Positions 8,209 through 16,740 of a stretch of DNA of 64,000 nt are shown in pieces. A program made the translations under genes and the position numbers. How positions within the stretch are numbered: position 1 is the stretch's first letter; every line of letters starts with the position of its first letter. The stretch lies in contig JBFFUI010000005.1 of assembly GCA_041571435.1 (NCBI GenBank), positions 26,214 through 90,213 on the forward strand. The letters are read 5' to 3'. The notes below the pieces were generated by a model. It made no database searches. It was not told the origin of the DNA and worked only from the letters and a program-made list of their open reading frames with translations. The stretch is from Sulfurimonadaceae bacterium. Lineage in GTDB: Bacteria > Campylobacterota > Campylobacteria > Campylobacterales > Sulfurimonadaceae.

Positions 8209-10053
8209 ATGAAAGAAAATTCAACGGAGGAGATCAAGCAGATGGCCCAGGAAAAAGCTCAACAGGCTAAAACAGCAGCAAAAGAGAAGCTCGATCAGGT
8301 CAAGAACATGTCGGCAGATGAAGCGAAAGAGTTGGCAAAAGAGAAGGCTGAACAGGCGAAGAAGCTGGCTGCCGAAAAGCTTGAACAGATGAAAAAGATG
8401 TCGGCTGACGATGCCAAGAAGATGGCGGAAGAGAAGATGGCAAACTTGAAGAAAATGCCGATGATCAACAAGATCAGCTACGGTGCTGCAACCGCAGCCA
8501 TCGTCTTGGGAATGGTCTTTATGTTCTCAGGCGAGTCATCGTCAAGTATCTCTTCTGATGGCAAATGGGAGCTTTTTACCTATAACGGGGAGTGTGAAGA
8601 GGGTGATCTGGTCGAAAAGAAAGATCAGCGAACAAGAGAACTACAATGTAAGATCGGTGAACGCGAATACACTGTCTTGGACCAGGGATTGTATGCCGAC
8701 GGGAAAGTATCATACGAAAAAGCTTATGACCTTGCCTATAACAACGAGAGAGAGTCTGCCGAAACAAGATATGCATTCCAAACAAGCTACAACGCCAAGG
8801 GCGAGATCAAAGGCAAGACGACGTATGTCAACAAGTTCAATAACTCCGATGACTTACAGTCGATGACAACGGAAAATTATATAAAATATGACAACGGCAA
8901 GATGAAATACAAAACGACGTATGCGGTCAAGCAGAATGACGACGGACGCTGGGTCTCTTTAATGGAAAAAGACTATAGAGGCTTTACCAATGGCAAGTCA
9001 AAAAAAGAAGTGTCGTATGAGATCAAAAAAAATAAAGATGGAACGTGGGCTTCGTTGGAAAAAAGCAAGGTTAAGTTCAATGATGCTGGTCAAAAAACCG
9101 ATGAAGAGACCTATGCCATGCAGCAGAATAAGGAAGGCAAGTGGTACGCGGCACCTGTCAAGATTTACGCTGATTCTTACTCCGGGATTAATACAGACCT
9201 TGTGCTGAAAGAGAATAGCAACGGTCGTATTGATTCTTATACAGTGGCTAAAAAATCTGTTGACTGGAACGAAACTAAACCACATCGCGTCATGGCGACC
9301 TATGAAGTGGTCCAGGATGCTAACGGCCAGTGGAAATCGCTTCTTAAAAGTGAGAAATCAAGCACAGGCGGCTCTTTTTACCATACTGAAAACGTGATCA
9401 AAAAAGACAGCAAATCGGGTAATTACAGCGCTTTGGCAACATTGAAGGGGTACTACAACAGGGCTGATGGTAAAAACATATTGAGCAGAAACACCAGCTA
9501 TAAAGTTGTTGAAAACGATTCAGGCAGATGGGTTTCATTACCGATAAAAGAGGAGAAATACAACAGAAAAGGTGTATTACAGGAAGAAACGACATACGTG
9601 GTCTTAAAAAATGCGGCGGGCGATCACGATAAGTATAAAGTATCTTCCAAATACTACAGTAAAGACAGCAAACTGTCATATTCTGCAACCTATGAAACCA
9701 AACAAAACGATGATGGCAAGTGGGTTTCAGTTATGCTCAAAGAGGAAAAATATAGCAAAGGCGCATTACATAAAGAAACGACATATGTGGTTAAAAAGAG
9801 TGCCAGCGGTGATCACAAAAGTTTCAAAGTATCTTCTAAAGAGTATCGTCAGAATACCCTGCAGCATACTGAAACTTATGAAATCAAACAAAACGATAGT
9901 GGTACATGGAGCAGTTTGCTAGTCGATTATAAGTCTTACGAATACGACAGAAAACAACAACGTTATACCAATATGCTAAAAAGACAAGACAAATACGAGC
10001 TTTTCAAAGACGATAGAGGCTGGTGGCGAAACAAACGCATCAAAAAGAGCTAA
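8209..10053 (+). CDS. Membrane-anchored protein: K/E/A-rich helical repeats, one TM helix, large beta-hairpin repeat domain
   Basis: RBS AAGGAG before ATG 8209; 30-aa repeats; TM ISYGAATAAIVLGMVFMF; about 12 TYxVxxNxxGxW repeats. Confidence 0.85.
   Translation: MKENSTEEIKQMAQEKAQQAKTAAKEKLDQVKNMSADEAKELAKEKAEQAKKLAAEKLEQMKKMSADDAKKMAEEKMANLKKMPMINKISYGAATAAIVLGMVFMFSGESSSSISSDGKWELFTYNGECEEGDLVEKKDQRTRELQCKIGEREYTVLDQGLYADGKVSYEKAYDLAYNNERESAETRYAFQTSYNAKGEIKGKTTYVNKFNNSDDLQSMTTENYIKYDNGKMKYKTTYAVKQNDDGRWVSLMEKDYRGFTNGKSKKEVSYEIKKNKDGTWASLEKSKVKFNDAGQKTDEETYAMQQNKEGKWYAAPVKIYADSYSGINTDLVLKENSNGRIDSYTVAKKSVDWNETKPHRVMATYEVVQDANGQWKSLLKSEKSSTGGSFYHTENVIKKDSKSGNYSALATLKGYYNRADGKNILSRNTSYKVVENDSGRWVSLPIKEEKYNRKGVLQEETTYVVLKNAAGDHDKYKVSSKYYSKDSKLSYSATYETKQNDDGKWVSVMLKEEKYSKGALHKETTYVVKKSASGDHKSFKVSSKEYRQNTLQHTETYEIKQNDSGTWSSLLVDYKSYEYDRKQQRYTNMLKRQDKYELFKDDRGWWRNKRIKKS
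9547..9930 (+). repeat. Intragenic tandem duplication, about 192-nt (64-aa) period
   Basis: AAAGAGGAGAAATAC...GATCAC...AAAGTATCTTCCAAA at 9547 recurs as AAAGAGGAAAAATAT...GATCAC...AAAGTATCTTCTAAA at 9739. Confidence 0.75.
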
Positions 10054-10071
10054 GAGTGTTTAGCGCTCTTA
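10051..10071 (+). other. Intergenic hairpin between the two paralogous-anchor genes
   Basis: TAAGAGTGT-tta-GCGCTCTTA with two G-U pairs; no U tract. Confidence 0.45.
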
Positions 10072-10099
10072 CAGCAGATGGATAAATGAAGGAGTAAGA

Positions 10100-10693
10100 A
10101 TGAAAGAAAATCAAAAAGAAGAGGTCACTGAAAAGGCCCAGGAAAAGACGGCGGCAAAAGAGAAGCTTGAAGAGCTCAAGAACATGTCGGCGGACGAAGC
10201 GAAGTCACTGGCAAAAGAGAAAGCAGAAGAGGCGAAGAAGCTGGCTGCTGAAAAGGTTGACCAGATGAGAAACATGTCGGCTGAAGATGCCAAGAAGTTG
10301 GCGCAAGAGAAGGTGGAACACTACAAAGCGATGCCGATGATCAACAAGGTCAGCTACGCTGCCGCGGCAGTGATCCTGTTGATCTTGCTAATGTCGATCT
10401 TTGGCAAACCTTCTTCACCTGAAGGTCGTGCACAGACGATATGTGAAGCACTTACCGACGGTGACTTTGAAGAAGCGGTTGAATATGTACAGGAAAAGTA
10501 TCAGAGAGAAGCACTTGGATTGCTGATGGCATATTCCGGAAGTGAAAAGAATCTGGAAAAAATGTCCGACTATGACTGTAGCATCGAAAAAACAAAACCT
10601 AAAGGCGATAGCAAGATAACAGTCTACTTTGAGAATGCACCATCGATAAAAATGAAACTGGACGAGGATGGTGAGTGGTACTGGCGAATGTAG
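10100..10693 (+). CDS. Membrane-anchored protein with the same N-terminal module as the upstream gene and a small DUF4878/NTF2-like C-terminal domain
   Basis: KNMSADEAKSLAKEKAEEAKKLAAEK...MPMINKVSY nearly identical to the upstream gene; SSPEGRAQTICEALTDGDFEEAVEY...KLDEDGEWY resembles DUF4878. Confidence 0.8.
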   Translation: MKENQKEEVTEKAQEKTAAKEKLEELKNMSADEAKSLAKEKAEEAKKLAAEKVDQMRNMSAEDAKKLAQEKVEHYKAMPMINKVSYAAAAVILLILLMSIFGKPSSPEGRAQTICEALTDGDFEEAVEYVQEKYQREALGLLMAYSGSEKNLEKMSDYDCSIEKTKPKGDSKITVYFENAPSIKMKLDEDGEWYWRM

Positions 10694-10807
10694 ATCCGCC
10701 TTAAGAGTTATATTCTGGCCAAAGAGAGTTGTACAAACTTTCCGGCCCCTCCAGTACTTTCAATAGTTTGATGGCACGAAATGTTTTCCCCACATCTTTT
10801 TAGCTGC

Positions 10808-11857
10808 TTAGAGCACTTGCGCTTTTTTTGCATCAAGTTTGTTTTGGGTGGTTTTGATTTTTTCAGCCGTTTTATAGTCACTCCACCTGCTTTCAAGAAA
10901 ACTTCCTTCTACTTTGAGTGTTCGTGTTAATAGCGATTGGGCTGATTTCAATACTTTCATGACTGTAGAATTATCGATTTCTCTATTGATATATTTATCG
11001 AAATATTTATCGATATCTTTATCGATAGTGTCCAAAATAAGGTTTACCTTGTCCGTTTTAAAATCGATGTTAGCCTGAATTTTGTCATGATCGTATTTCG
11101 CATCAATGGCCTGATCGATGACGTTAAAGTAGCACTTCTCGTCATAAATGATGGTCTTATATTCTTGTGTGACCTCATGCCAGGGTGCACTATTGGAAAG
11201 CAGTAATTCTAAGTAGGCGGGAAAGATGATCTCATCGGGTTCAAAGTCAATATCGTTTGTACTATGTAGCAGATCGGCGACAAATTTTGAGCAATAGCTG
11301 TCGTCCAGGAATTTATTTTTGATCTTTTCTTTGCTTGACCACCAGTACCACACTCTTTTTAATGCATTCGTGGCATAGTTTTTACCGAGTTCAAACTTTA
11401 TTTTCAGAAGCTTTTCACCGAAAGCATACAGGGGAAGTTTGTCGATAATCTTTTGCTTGATTGCTGGATTACTGTCCAGATCGTCGATATTATACTCGCG
11501 TTTTATATGGGCCTGATACTTGTCGGATAGATCCGAAAAATCTTTTATGCCGCTGTGTTCTAAAAAATCATCTTTTCTGTAAACTTTGTATTCCAAGCCT
11601 TTGGAAATATACTCGTCGAGGGTGGTATAGACGACGGCTTTTCCACCTGCGGCATGGATGAACATTCCTTTGTCCATGGAGATTAATACATGAGAGAATC
11701 GCGGATCATTGTAGGGTCTCTGTTCTTTACAACGACATAGATAAAAACACAACCACTTCCAACCGTAGATAATATATTGGGCTACTTTGACCCATTTTGA
11801 AATTTTTGTGTCGCCTTTGATAAAAATGACGTCACCCGTTTTGATCTCTGGCGGCAT
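10808..11857 (-). CDS. Permuted papain-like NlpC/P60 (YiiX/YaeF, C92-like) cysteine hydrolase
   Basis: GDVIF, FSHVLI, IHAAG, then YCSKFVA (His before Cys, the permuted order); AT-rich; RBS AAAGGAG. Confidence 0.75.
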   Translation of the reverse strand: MPPEIKTGDVIFIKGDTKISKWVKVAQYIIYGWKWLCFYLCRCKEQRPYNDPRFSHVLISMDKGMFIHAAGGKAVVYTTLDEYISKGLEYKVYRKDDFLEHSGIKDFSDLSDKYQAHIKREYNIDDLDSNPAIKQKIIDKLPLYAFGEKLLKIKFELGKNYATNALKRVWYWWSSKEKIKNKFLDDSYCSKFVADLLHSTNDIDFEPDEIIFPAYLELLLSNSAPWHEVTQEYKTIIYDEKCYFNVIDQAIDAKYDHDKIQANIDFKTDKVNLILDTIDKDIDKYFDKYINREIDNSTVMKVLKSAQSLLTRTLKVEGSFLESRWSDYKTAEKIKTTQNKLDAKKAQVL

Positions 11858-11953
11858 GTCTCTCCTTTACAAAACAGGTATGGTAATAAGATTAGTATTA
11901 AAATAATCAATAAAATCACGAAAAAAATGACTGTTTTATTATAAGATACACCC

Positions 11954-13798
11954 ATGAAAAAATTATTATTATTGCTATATCTCTGTGTGCATCTTTTTGC
12001 GGATGCAAAGAGTGCCATTGACCCTGATCTTTTCTATTACAATGACGAGACAAGAAGCTATGCTATAGAACAGATCATTGCCGAAGAGGAAGCCTTTTTC
12101 AGTTCACGCTTAGACCCTATCCGCGCAAAGTTCCCTGCAGAGGCCTCTGTCTGGATGAAGGTCCGTCTTGCCAACTCCAGCGACGCAAAGATGACCAGGA
12201 TAGTGAAGTTTCTGGATATCCGTCTTGACAGAATGGACATCTACGATGCCGAGGGTCATTTTTTGCGTTCGGAAGGCGACAGGGTTCCTTTTGCGGACCG
12301 TGTGCACAAAGATGCGCAGATCGCCATTGATATGACTGCGGAGCCTCGGTCGGAAACGGTGTACTATCTCAATCTTCTCAACGAGGACAAGGCTGACGCC
12401 TCCTACCTGGTCTACGACGAGGAGGGGTACAAAGAGCATATTCTCATCAAAAAGATGGTGCATGCCTTCTTCTTTGGTACCCTCTCAATCATGCTGCTTT
12501 ACAACTTTATGCTTTACCTCTTTATCCGTGAAATAGCTTTTTTACAGTACGTACTCTATCACGTCGTGCTGCTGATCGCGATGCTCTATTACAACGGCAT
12601 CGTTGTTGAATACTTTTACCCTGAGGCGGAGGGCCTTAATGGTGGCAATGTCCCAAGGATCTGGATGTTTCTAGCGGTCATCCTGGCGACAGAGTTCCTG
12701 CGCAGCTTTCTTCAGGTCAAAATACACACGCCGAGACTGGACAAAGGGCTTCTTTTCTTTATCTACTTGAATCTTGCCTTGCTAATACTCGATCTCTTCG
12801 GTATCAGTAAGATGATCCATTCACAGATAGGCGTTATCCTTATGATGCCGCTGAGCATCTACCTGCTTTATGTCGGGTTTTACCATGCAGTTGTCAAAAA
12901 AAGGACGATCGCCGTCTTCTATGTTTTGGGCTGGTTTATCATGATGCTCTCCATCATCATTACCGGGTTGCTCAGTTTGGGATTGATACCGAGAAATGAA
13001 GTGAGCTCCTATATGTTCCAGATAGGTTCTTTCACCGAAGTGGCACTTCTCTCTATGGGTCTTGCCTACCGTTACAACGAGACGCAAAAAGCGATCATCT
13101 ATAAAGACAGGCAGTTAAAAGAGATCAATGCCAATCTTGAAGCGACGATCATGGAGCGGACAACGGAGCTTGCCAACGAGGTCGAACAGACAAGAAGCCT
13201 GCTGGATGACCGCGAGATACTCTTTAAAGAGCTCTATCACAGGGTCAAGAACAACCTTCAGATGCTGACAAGTATTTTGTCCATGCAGCTCAGAAGGCTG
13301 GACGATGAGGCGTCAAAAAGCGCTCTTCAGGAGTTCATCGGCCGTATCAAATCGCTGGCGCTTCTGCATGAAAAACTGCAGAGTTCGGAGAAGCTTGACC
13401 GTATCAATATGCAGGAGTATTTACAGTCGCTTTTGCAAGAGGTAAAGAACGCCAATCCGTTCGCTCAGCTGGAGTTCGAACTAAAAAGTCAGGATATCTA
13501 CCTGACAATCGATCAGGTCACCCCTATCGGGCTGATCATCAACGAACTCGCGTCCAACTCGTTCAAGCACGCCTTTGAAAACATCAAGCAGCCAAAAATA
13601 GCGGTGCATTTGAAAGAGTCGGGCAGTACGCACTTGGAGCTTTTCTACAGCGATAACGGCGTAGGTGCTACCGAGCTGAGTAACGCTAAGTCCCTAGGTA
13701 CAGTGCTAATCGATACGCTTGGCAGGTCACAGCTGAAAGGGGAGGTCGCGATAGAGATAAAACCGTCGCTCTCCTACAGCATCGTGTTTCCGAAATAG
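11954..13798 (+). CDS. 7TM-DISM sensor histidine kinase (HisKA_2 type)
   Basis: Signal peptide, DISMED2-like domain, 7 TM segments, ELYHRVKNNLQ H-box, NELASNSFKHAF N-box, DNGVG. Confidence 0.92.
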   Translation: MKKLLLLLYLCVHLFADAKSAIDPDLFYYNDETRSYAIEQIIAEEEAFFSSRLDPIRAKFPAEASVWMKVRLANSSDAKMTRIVKFLDIRLDRMDIYDAEGHFLRSEGDRVPFADRVHKDAQIAIDMTAEPRSETVYYLNLLNEDKADASYLVYDEEGYKEHILIKKMVHAFFFGTLSIMLLYNFMLYLFIREIAFLQYVLYHVVLLIAMLYYNGIVVEYFYPEAEGLNGGNVPRIWMFLAVILATEFLRSFLQVKIHTPRLDKGLLFFIYLNLALLILDLFGISKMIHSQIGVILMMPLSIYLLYVGFYHAVVKKRTIAVFYVLGWFIMMLSIIITGLLSLGLIPRNEVSSYMFQIGSFTEVALLSMGLAYRYNETQKAIIYKDRQLKEINANLEATIMERTTELANEVEQTRSLLDDREILFKELYHRVKNNLQMLTSILSMQLRRLDDEASKSALQEFIGRIKSLALLHEKLQSSEKLDRINMQEYLQSLLQEVKNANPFAQLEFELKSQDIYLTIDQVTPIGLIINELASNSFKHAFENIKQPKIAVHLKESGSTHLELFYSDNGVGATELSNAKSLGTVLIDTLGRSQLKGEVAIEIKPSLSYSIVFPK

Positions 13799-13845
13799 CG
13801 GTCTCCTCGGGCTTTACTTGTAAGGTTTTTTGCTATAATCCGCCT

Positions 13846-14001
13846 ATGAACAGAACAGACAAAATCAAACGTATCACACTTATTTTTCTTGCGGCGATCG
13901 CTTCGGGCTATTTTATGTACAGCGGATTTTTCTTGCTTTTCAATGAAAGCGAGTCCAATACGACGGTTGCGCCAAAAGAATCTGCTACACCTCTAAAGTA
14001 A
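13846..14001 (+). CDS. Small single-TM membrane protein (51 aa), probably leaderless
   Basis: MNRTDKIKRITLIFLAAIASGYFMYSGFFLLFNESESNTTVAPKESATPLK; TGCTATAAT at 13831-13839, 6 nt before the ATG. Confidence 0.6.
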   Translation: MNRTDKIKRITLIFLAAIASGYFMYSGFFLLFNESESNTTVAPKESATPLK

Positions 14002-15010
14002 CGGCTTTCGGAAACTGCATCGTCACACAGTGCAGTGAACCGTGCTGACGGATCAGGACGGAACACTCCACGCCGATGACCTCTCTGTCAGGAAACGCCT
14101 GCTGGATGATGGAAAGGGCTTCTGCATCATGCCGGTCGCTGTAGGTTGGGACGATCACGGCCCCGTTGATGATCAGAAAGTTGGCATAGGTGGCCGGTAG
14201 ACGTTCATCATCGTAGTAGATGGCATCGGTCATCGGCAGGGCGATGAGACGGAAGGGGTTACCGTCCATATTACGTAGGGCCCGTAGCTGTTGTTCCATC
14301 TTGGCAAGCTCTTCGTAATGATCGTCGTTTTCATCATCACTTTTGAGATACATGATCGTATTCGTGTCGATCAGACGGGCGAGAGTGTCGACGTGGCTGT
14401 CCGTGTCGTCACCGGCCAGATAGCCGTGATCAAGCCATAAGATCTTTTCAACCCCCAGTGTCTCTTTTAAAATCGCTTCGACCTCAAACTTTTGGGTCAG
14501 TTTGGTATTGCGGTTGGGGTTCATCAGACACTGTGAAGTGGTCAACAATAGCCCTTTACCATTACTCTCTATAGCGCCGCCTTCGAGGATAAAACGCTCT
14601 TTTTGATATGCGGCACCGTAATGTTTGGCAAGCTGTGCTGTGATGGCATTGTCCAGGGATGCGTCAAACTTGTCGCCCCAGCCGGTAAAGGTAAAGTCGA
14701 TCACGGTCGGTTTACCGTTCTCAAGCACCGTGATGCCGCTACAGTCTCGTGACCAGGTGTCATCACTTTCACATCGGACAAAGTGGATATTTTCCGTATC
14801 GTTAAAATGGCTTTTGACACGTTCTATGTCGTCGCAGATCATCAGGCAGGGTTCATATTTTGCAATAGCTTCGGCGATGTTGACGAAGGTGTGCACCGCT
14901 TCGTCAAGGTAATGTTTCCAGTCGCTGTCGGCATGCGGAAAGATCATCTGAACAAAAGACTGCTCTTCAAATTCTGCCGGTAAGCGTCTTGCACTGTATT
15001 CATGTCTCAT
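13985..15010 (-). CDS. Agmatine deiminase family protein
   Basis: LPAEFE, DTWSRD, LEGGAIESNG, GDDTDSHVD, GSLHCVTMQ motifs; start 15010 or 15031. Confidence 0.93.
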   Translation of the reverse strand: MRHEYSARRLPAEFEEQSFVQMIFPHADSDWKHYLDEAVHTFVNIAEAIAKYEPCLMICDDIERVKSHFNDTENIHFVRCESDDTWSRDCSGITVLENGKPTVIDFTFTGWGDKFDASLDNAITAQLAKHYGAAYQKERFILEGGAIESNGKGLLLTTSQCLMNPNRNTKLTQKFEVEAILKETLGVEKILWLDHGYLAGDDTDSHVDTLARLIDTNTIMYLKSDDENDDHYEELAKMEQQLRALRNMDGNPFRLIALPMTDAIYYDDERLPATYANFLIINGAVIVPTYSDRHDAEALSIIQQAFPDREVIGVECSVLIRQHGSLHCVTMQFPKAVTLEV

Positions 15011-15059
15011 TTTTCGTTTTCCGTTTCCCATGCGAAGGATTCTCTTGCTATAATCGCAC

Positions 15060-16076
15060 ATGGCAATTATTCGACTCAGCCGCAAGGCATATTTTCATAA
15101 TCTTGACATTATCGCACAAAAAGTTGGTGACATCTCTAAAATCGCAGTGGTTTTAAAAGACAACGCGTACGGCCACGGGCTTTTGGAGATGGCACAGCTC
15201 TCGGAAGCGTACGGTATCCGTAACGCCGTCGTCCGTTCACGTGCCGAAGCTGAAACGGTGCAGACGCATTTTACGAAGATCCTGATTCTGGCCGAAACGG
15301 ACTGCTTGCCTGAGGAGAGCTTTACCTACGCCGTCAATTCGCTCGAGGAGATCGAGAAGATGCCCAAAGGGTGCCAGGTCGAACTTAAAGTCGACACGGG
15401 GATGCACCGCAACGGGGTGGCACTGGATGAGGTGGAAACGGCAATTTCGATGATCATCGAAAAGGGGCTGGTCTTCAACGGGGTCTTTACCCATAACCGC
15501 AGCGCCGATGCACTCAGTGCGGAGTGGTTCTGGCAGCGCAAGAACTTCGAAAAAGTCAAAGAGCAGGTGTCGGCACTGCAAGCGACATATGGCTATCAAA
15601 TGCCACGTTTTCACTCCGCCAACTCCGCGGCGACCTTCCGCTTCGGTACTTTCGATGAAGACATGGTCCGCGTCGGCATCGCGGCCTACGGCTGCCTTGA
15701 GATGGACGCGACTTTAGAGATGCCCGAACTCCAGCCCGTCTTGTCACTTCATGCCGACCGGATCGCAACGCGTAACCTGAAAAAAGGGGAGCATGTCGGT
15801 TACAATGCGACCTTCAGAGCCGACGAGGAGATGACGGTTTCGACCTACGACCTCGGCTACGCCGACGGTCTGCTGCGCACGGCTTCCAACAGCTATACAG
15901 CGCCGAACGGCGAACGACTGCTGGGGCGCGTCTCGATGGACAACACCAGCTTCACCGGCAACACCGACGAACTGCTGGTCTTCGACAACGCCAACACCTA
16001 TGCCGAAGCCGCCGGGACGATCGGCTACGAGGTGCTCGTGGGGTTGGACGCACAGATCAAACGCGTCGTCGTTTGA
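15060..16076 (+). CDS. alr: Alanine racemase
   Basis: VLKDNAYGHG PLP lysine motif, KVDTGMHRNG, GRVSMD. Confidence 0.95.
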   Translation: MAIIRLSRKAYFHNLDIIAQKVGDISKIAVVLKDNAYGHGLLEMAQLSEAYGIRNAVVRSRAEAETVQTHFTKILILAETDCLPEESFTYAVNSLEEIEKMPKGCQVELKVDTGMHRNGVALDEVETAISMIIEKGLVFNGVFTHNRSADALSAEWFWQRKNFEKVKEQVSALQATYGYQMPRFHSANSAATFRFGTFDEDMVRVGIAAYGCLEMDATLEMPELQPVLSLHADRIATRNLKKGEHVGYNATFRADEEMTVSTYDLGYADGLLRTASNSYTAPNGERLLGRVSMDNTSFTGNTDELLVFDNANTYAEAAGTIGYEVLVGLDAQIKRVVV

Positions 16077-16105
16077 TGCGCTGCATCTTTTAATCTGCCT
16101 CGTAA

Positions 16106-16738
16106 CTACTTGCCTAGCAGCGCATCGACATCAAAGTCGCAATCATTTCTTTCATTATTGGAATTACCGAAAACTCTACCGCTTAAAGATGAATTGTATT
16201 TTGCAAATGCACGCGATCGTAGAACAGTATTAAATTGGATGGACTTAAAATCTTTTCTAGTAAAGACTACATGATCTATCAATAGAGGCTCATTATGACG
16301 TTCAGCTGCATATTTAAAATAAAAATTACAATTCATTGCCGCATGTACATATTCAACTGTCTCCCTCGCCTTTTCAGGGTTTTGAATAATGATCTGTGCA
16401 GCTCTGGCACCCTGCATAGCGATCTCTCTGACGATCTGATGGTATTCGACAGGTTTGTCCTCGCAGACATCTTCATAGGCATTGACCACTTTGCCGTTGG
16501 GCAACGTCAACTGGACCTTCTCTTTTTTGCACGGGATGTAGGTGTCGTAGGTCTTGTAGATCCAGCGCTCCACATCATCCCTAACGCCATTGTTATTGGT
16601 ATCAACCCCTAGCAAGGTCGAATTGTTAATGGCAGGATCAGGCTCCGGCGGCAGGACGTGGCCGTTGATGACCTCGGGTGTCTCGGTAGCGGAGAGGCTG
16701 GTGATGAAGATCAGGATGATAAGCAGGGTATTGCGCAT
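16106..16738 (-). CDS. Exported hypothetical protein with PPEPD...GVDTNNNGVRDDVE (Ca-binding-like loop) motif
   Basis: Signal peptide; DxNxNG loop; four cysteines. Confidence 0.75.
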   Translation of the reverse strand: MRNTLLIILIFITSLSATETPEVINGHVLPPEPDPAINNSTLLGVDTNNNGVRDDVERWIYKTYDTYIPCKKEKVQLTLPNGKVVNAYEDVCEDKPVEYHQIVREIAMQGARAAQIIIQNPEKARETVEYVHAAMNCNFYFKYAAERHNEPLLIDHVVFTRKDFKSIQFNTVLRSRAFAKYNSSLSGRVFGNSNNERNDCDFDVDALLGK

Positions 16739-16740
16739 GT

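Noticed and set aside
10708-10896. 62-aa ORF, or stop read-through (AAKKMWGKHFVPSNY) after the permuted NlpC/P60 gene
   Set aside because: No RBS, overlaps the upstream gene and has no recognisable motif; a premature stop cannot be shown without homologs
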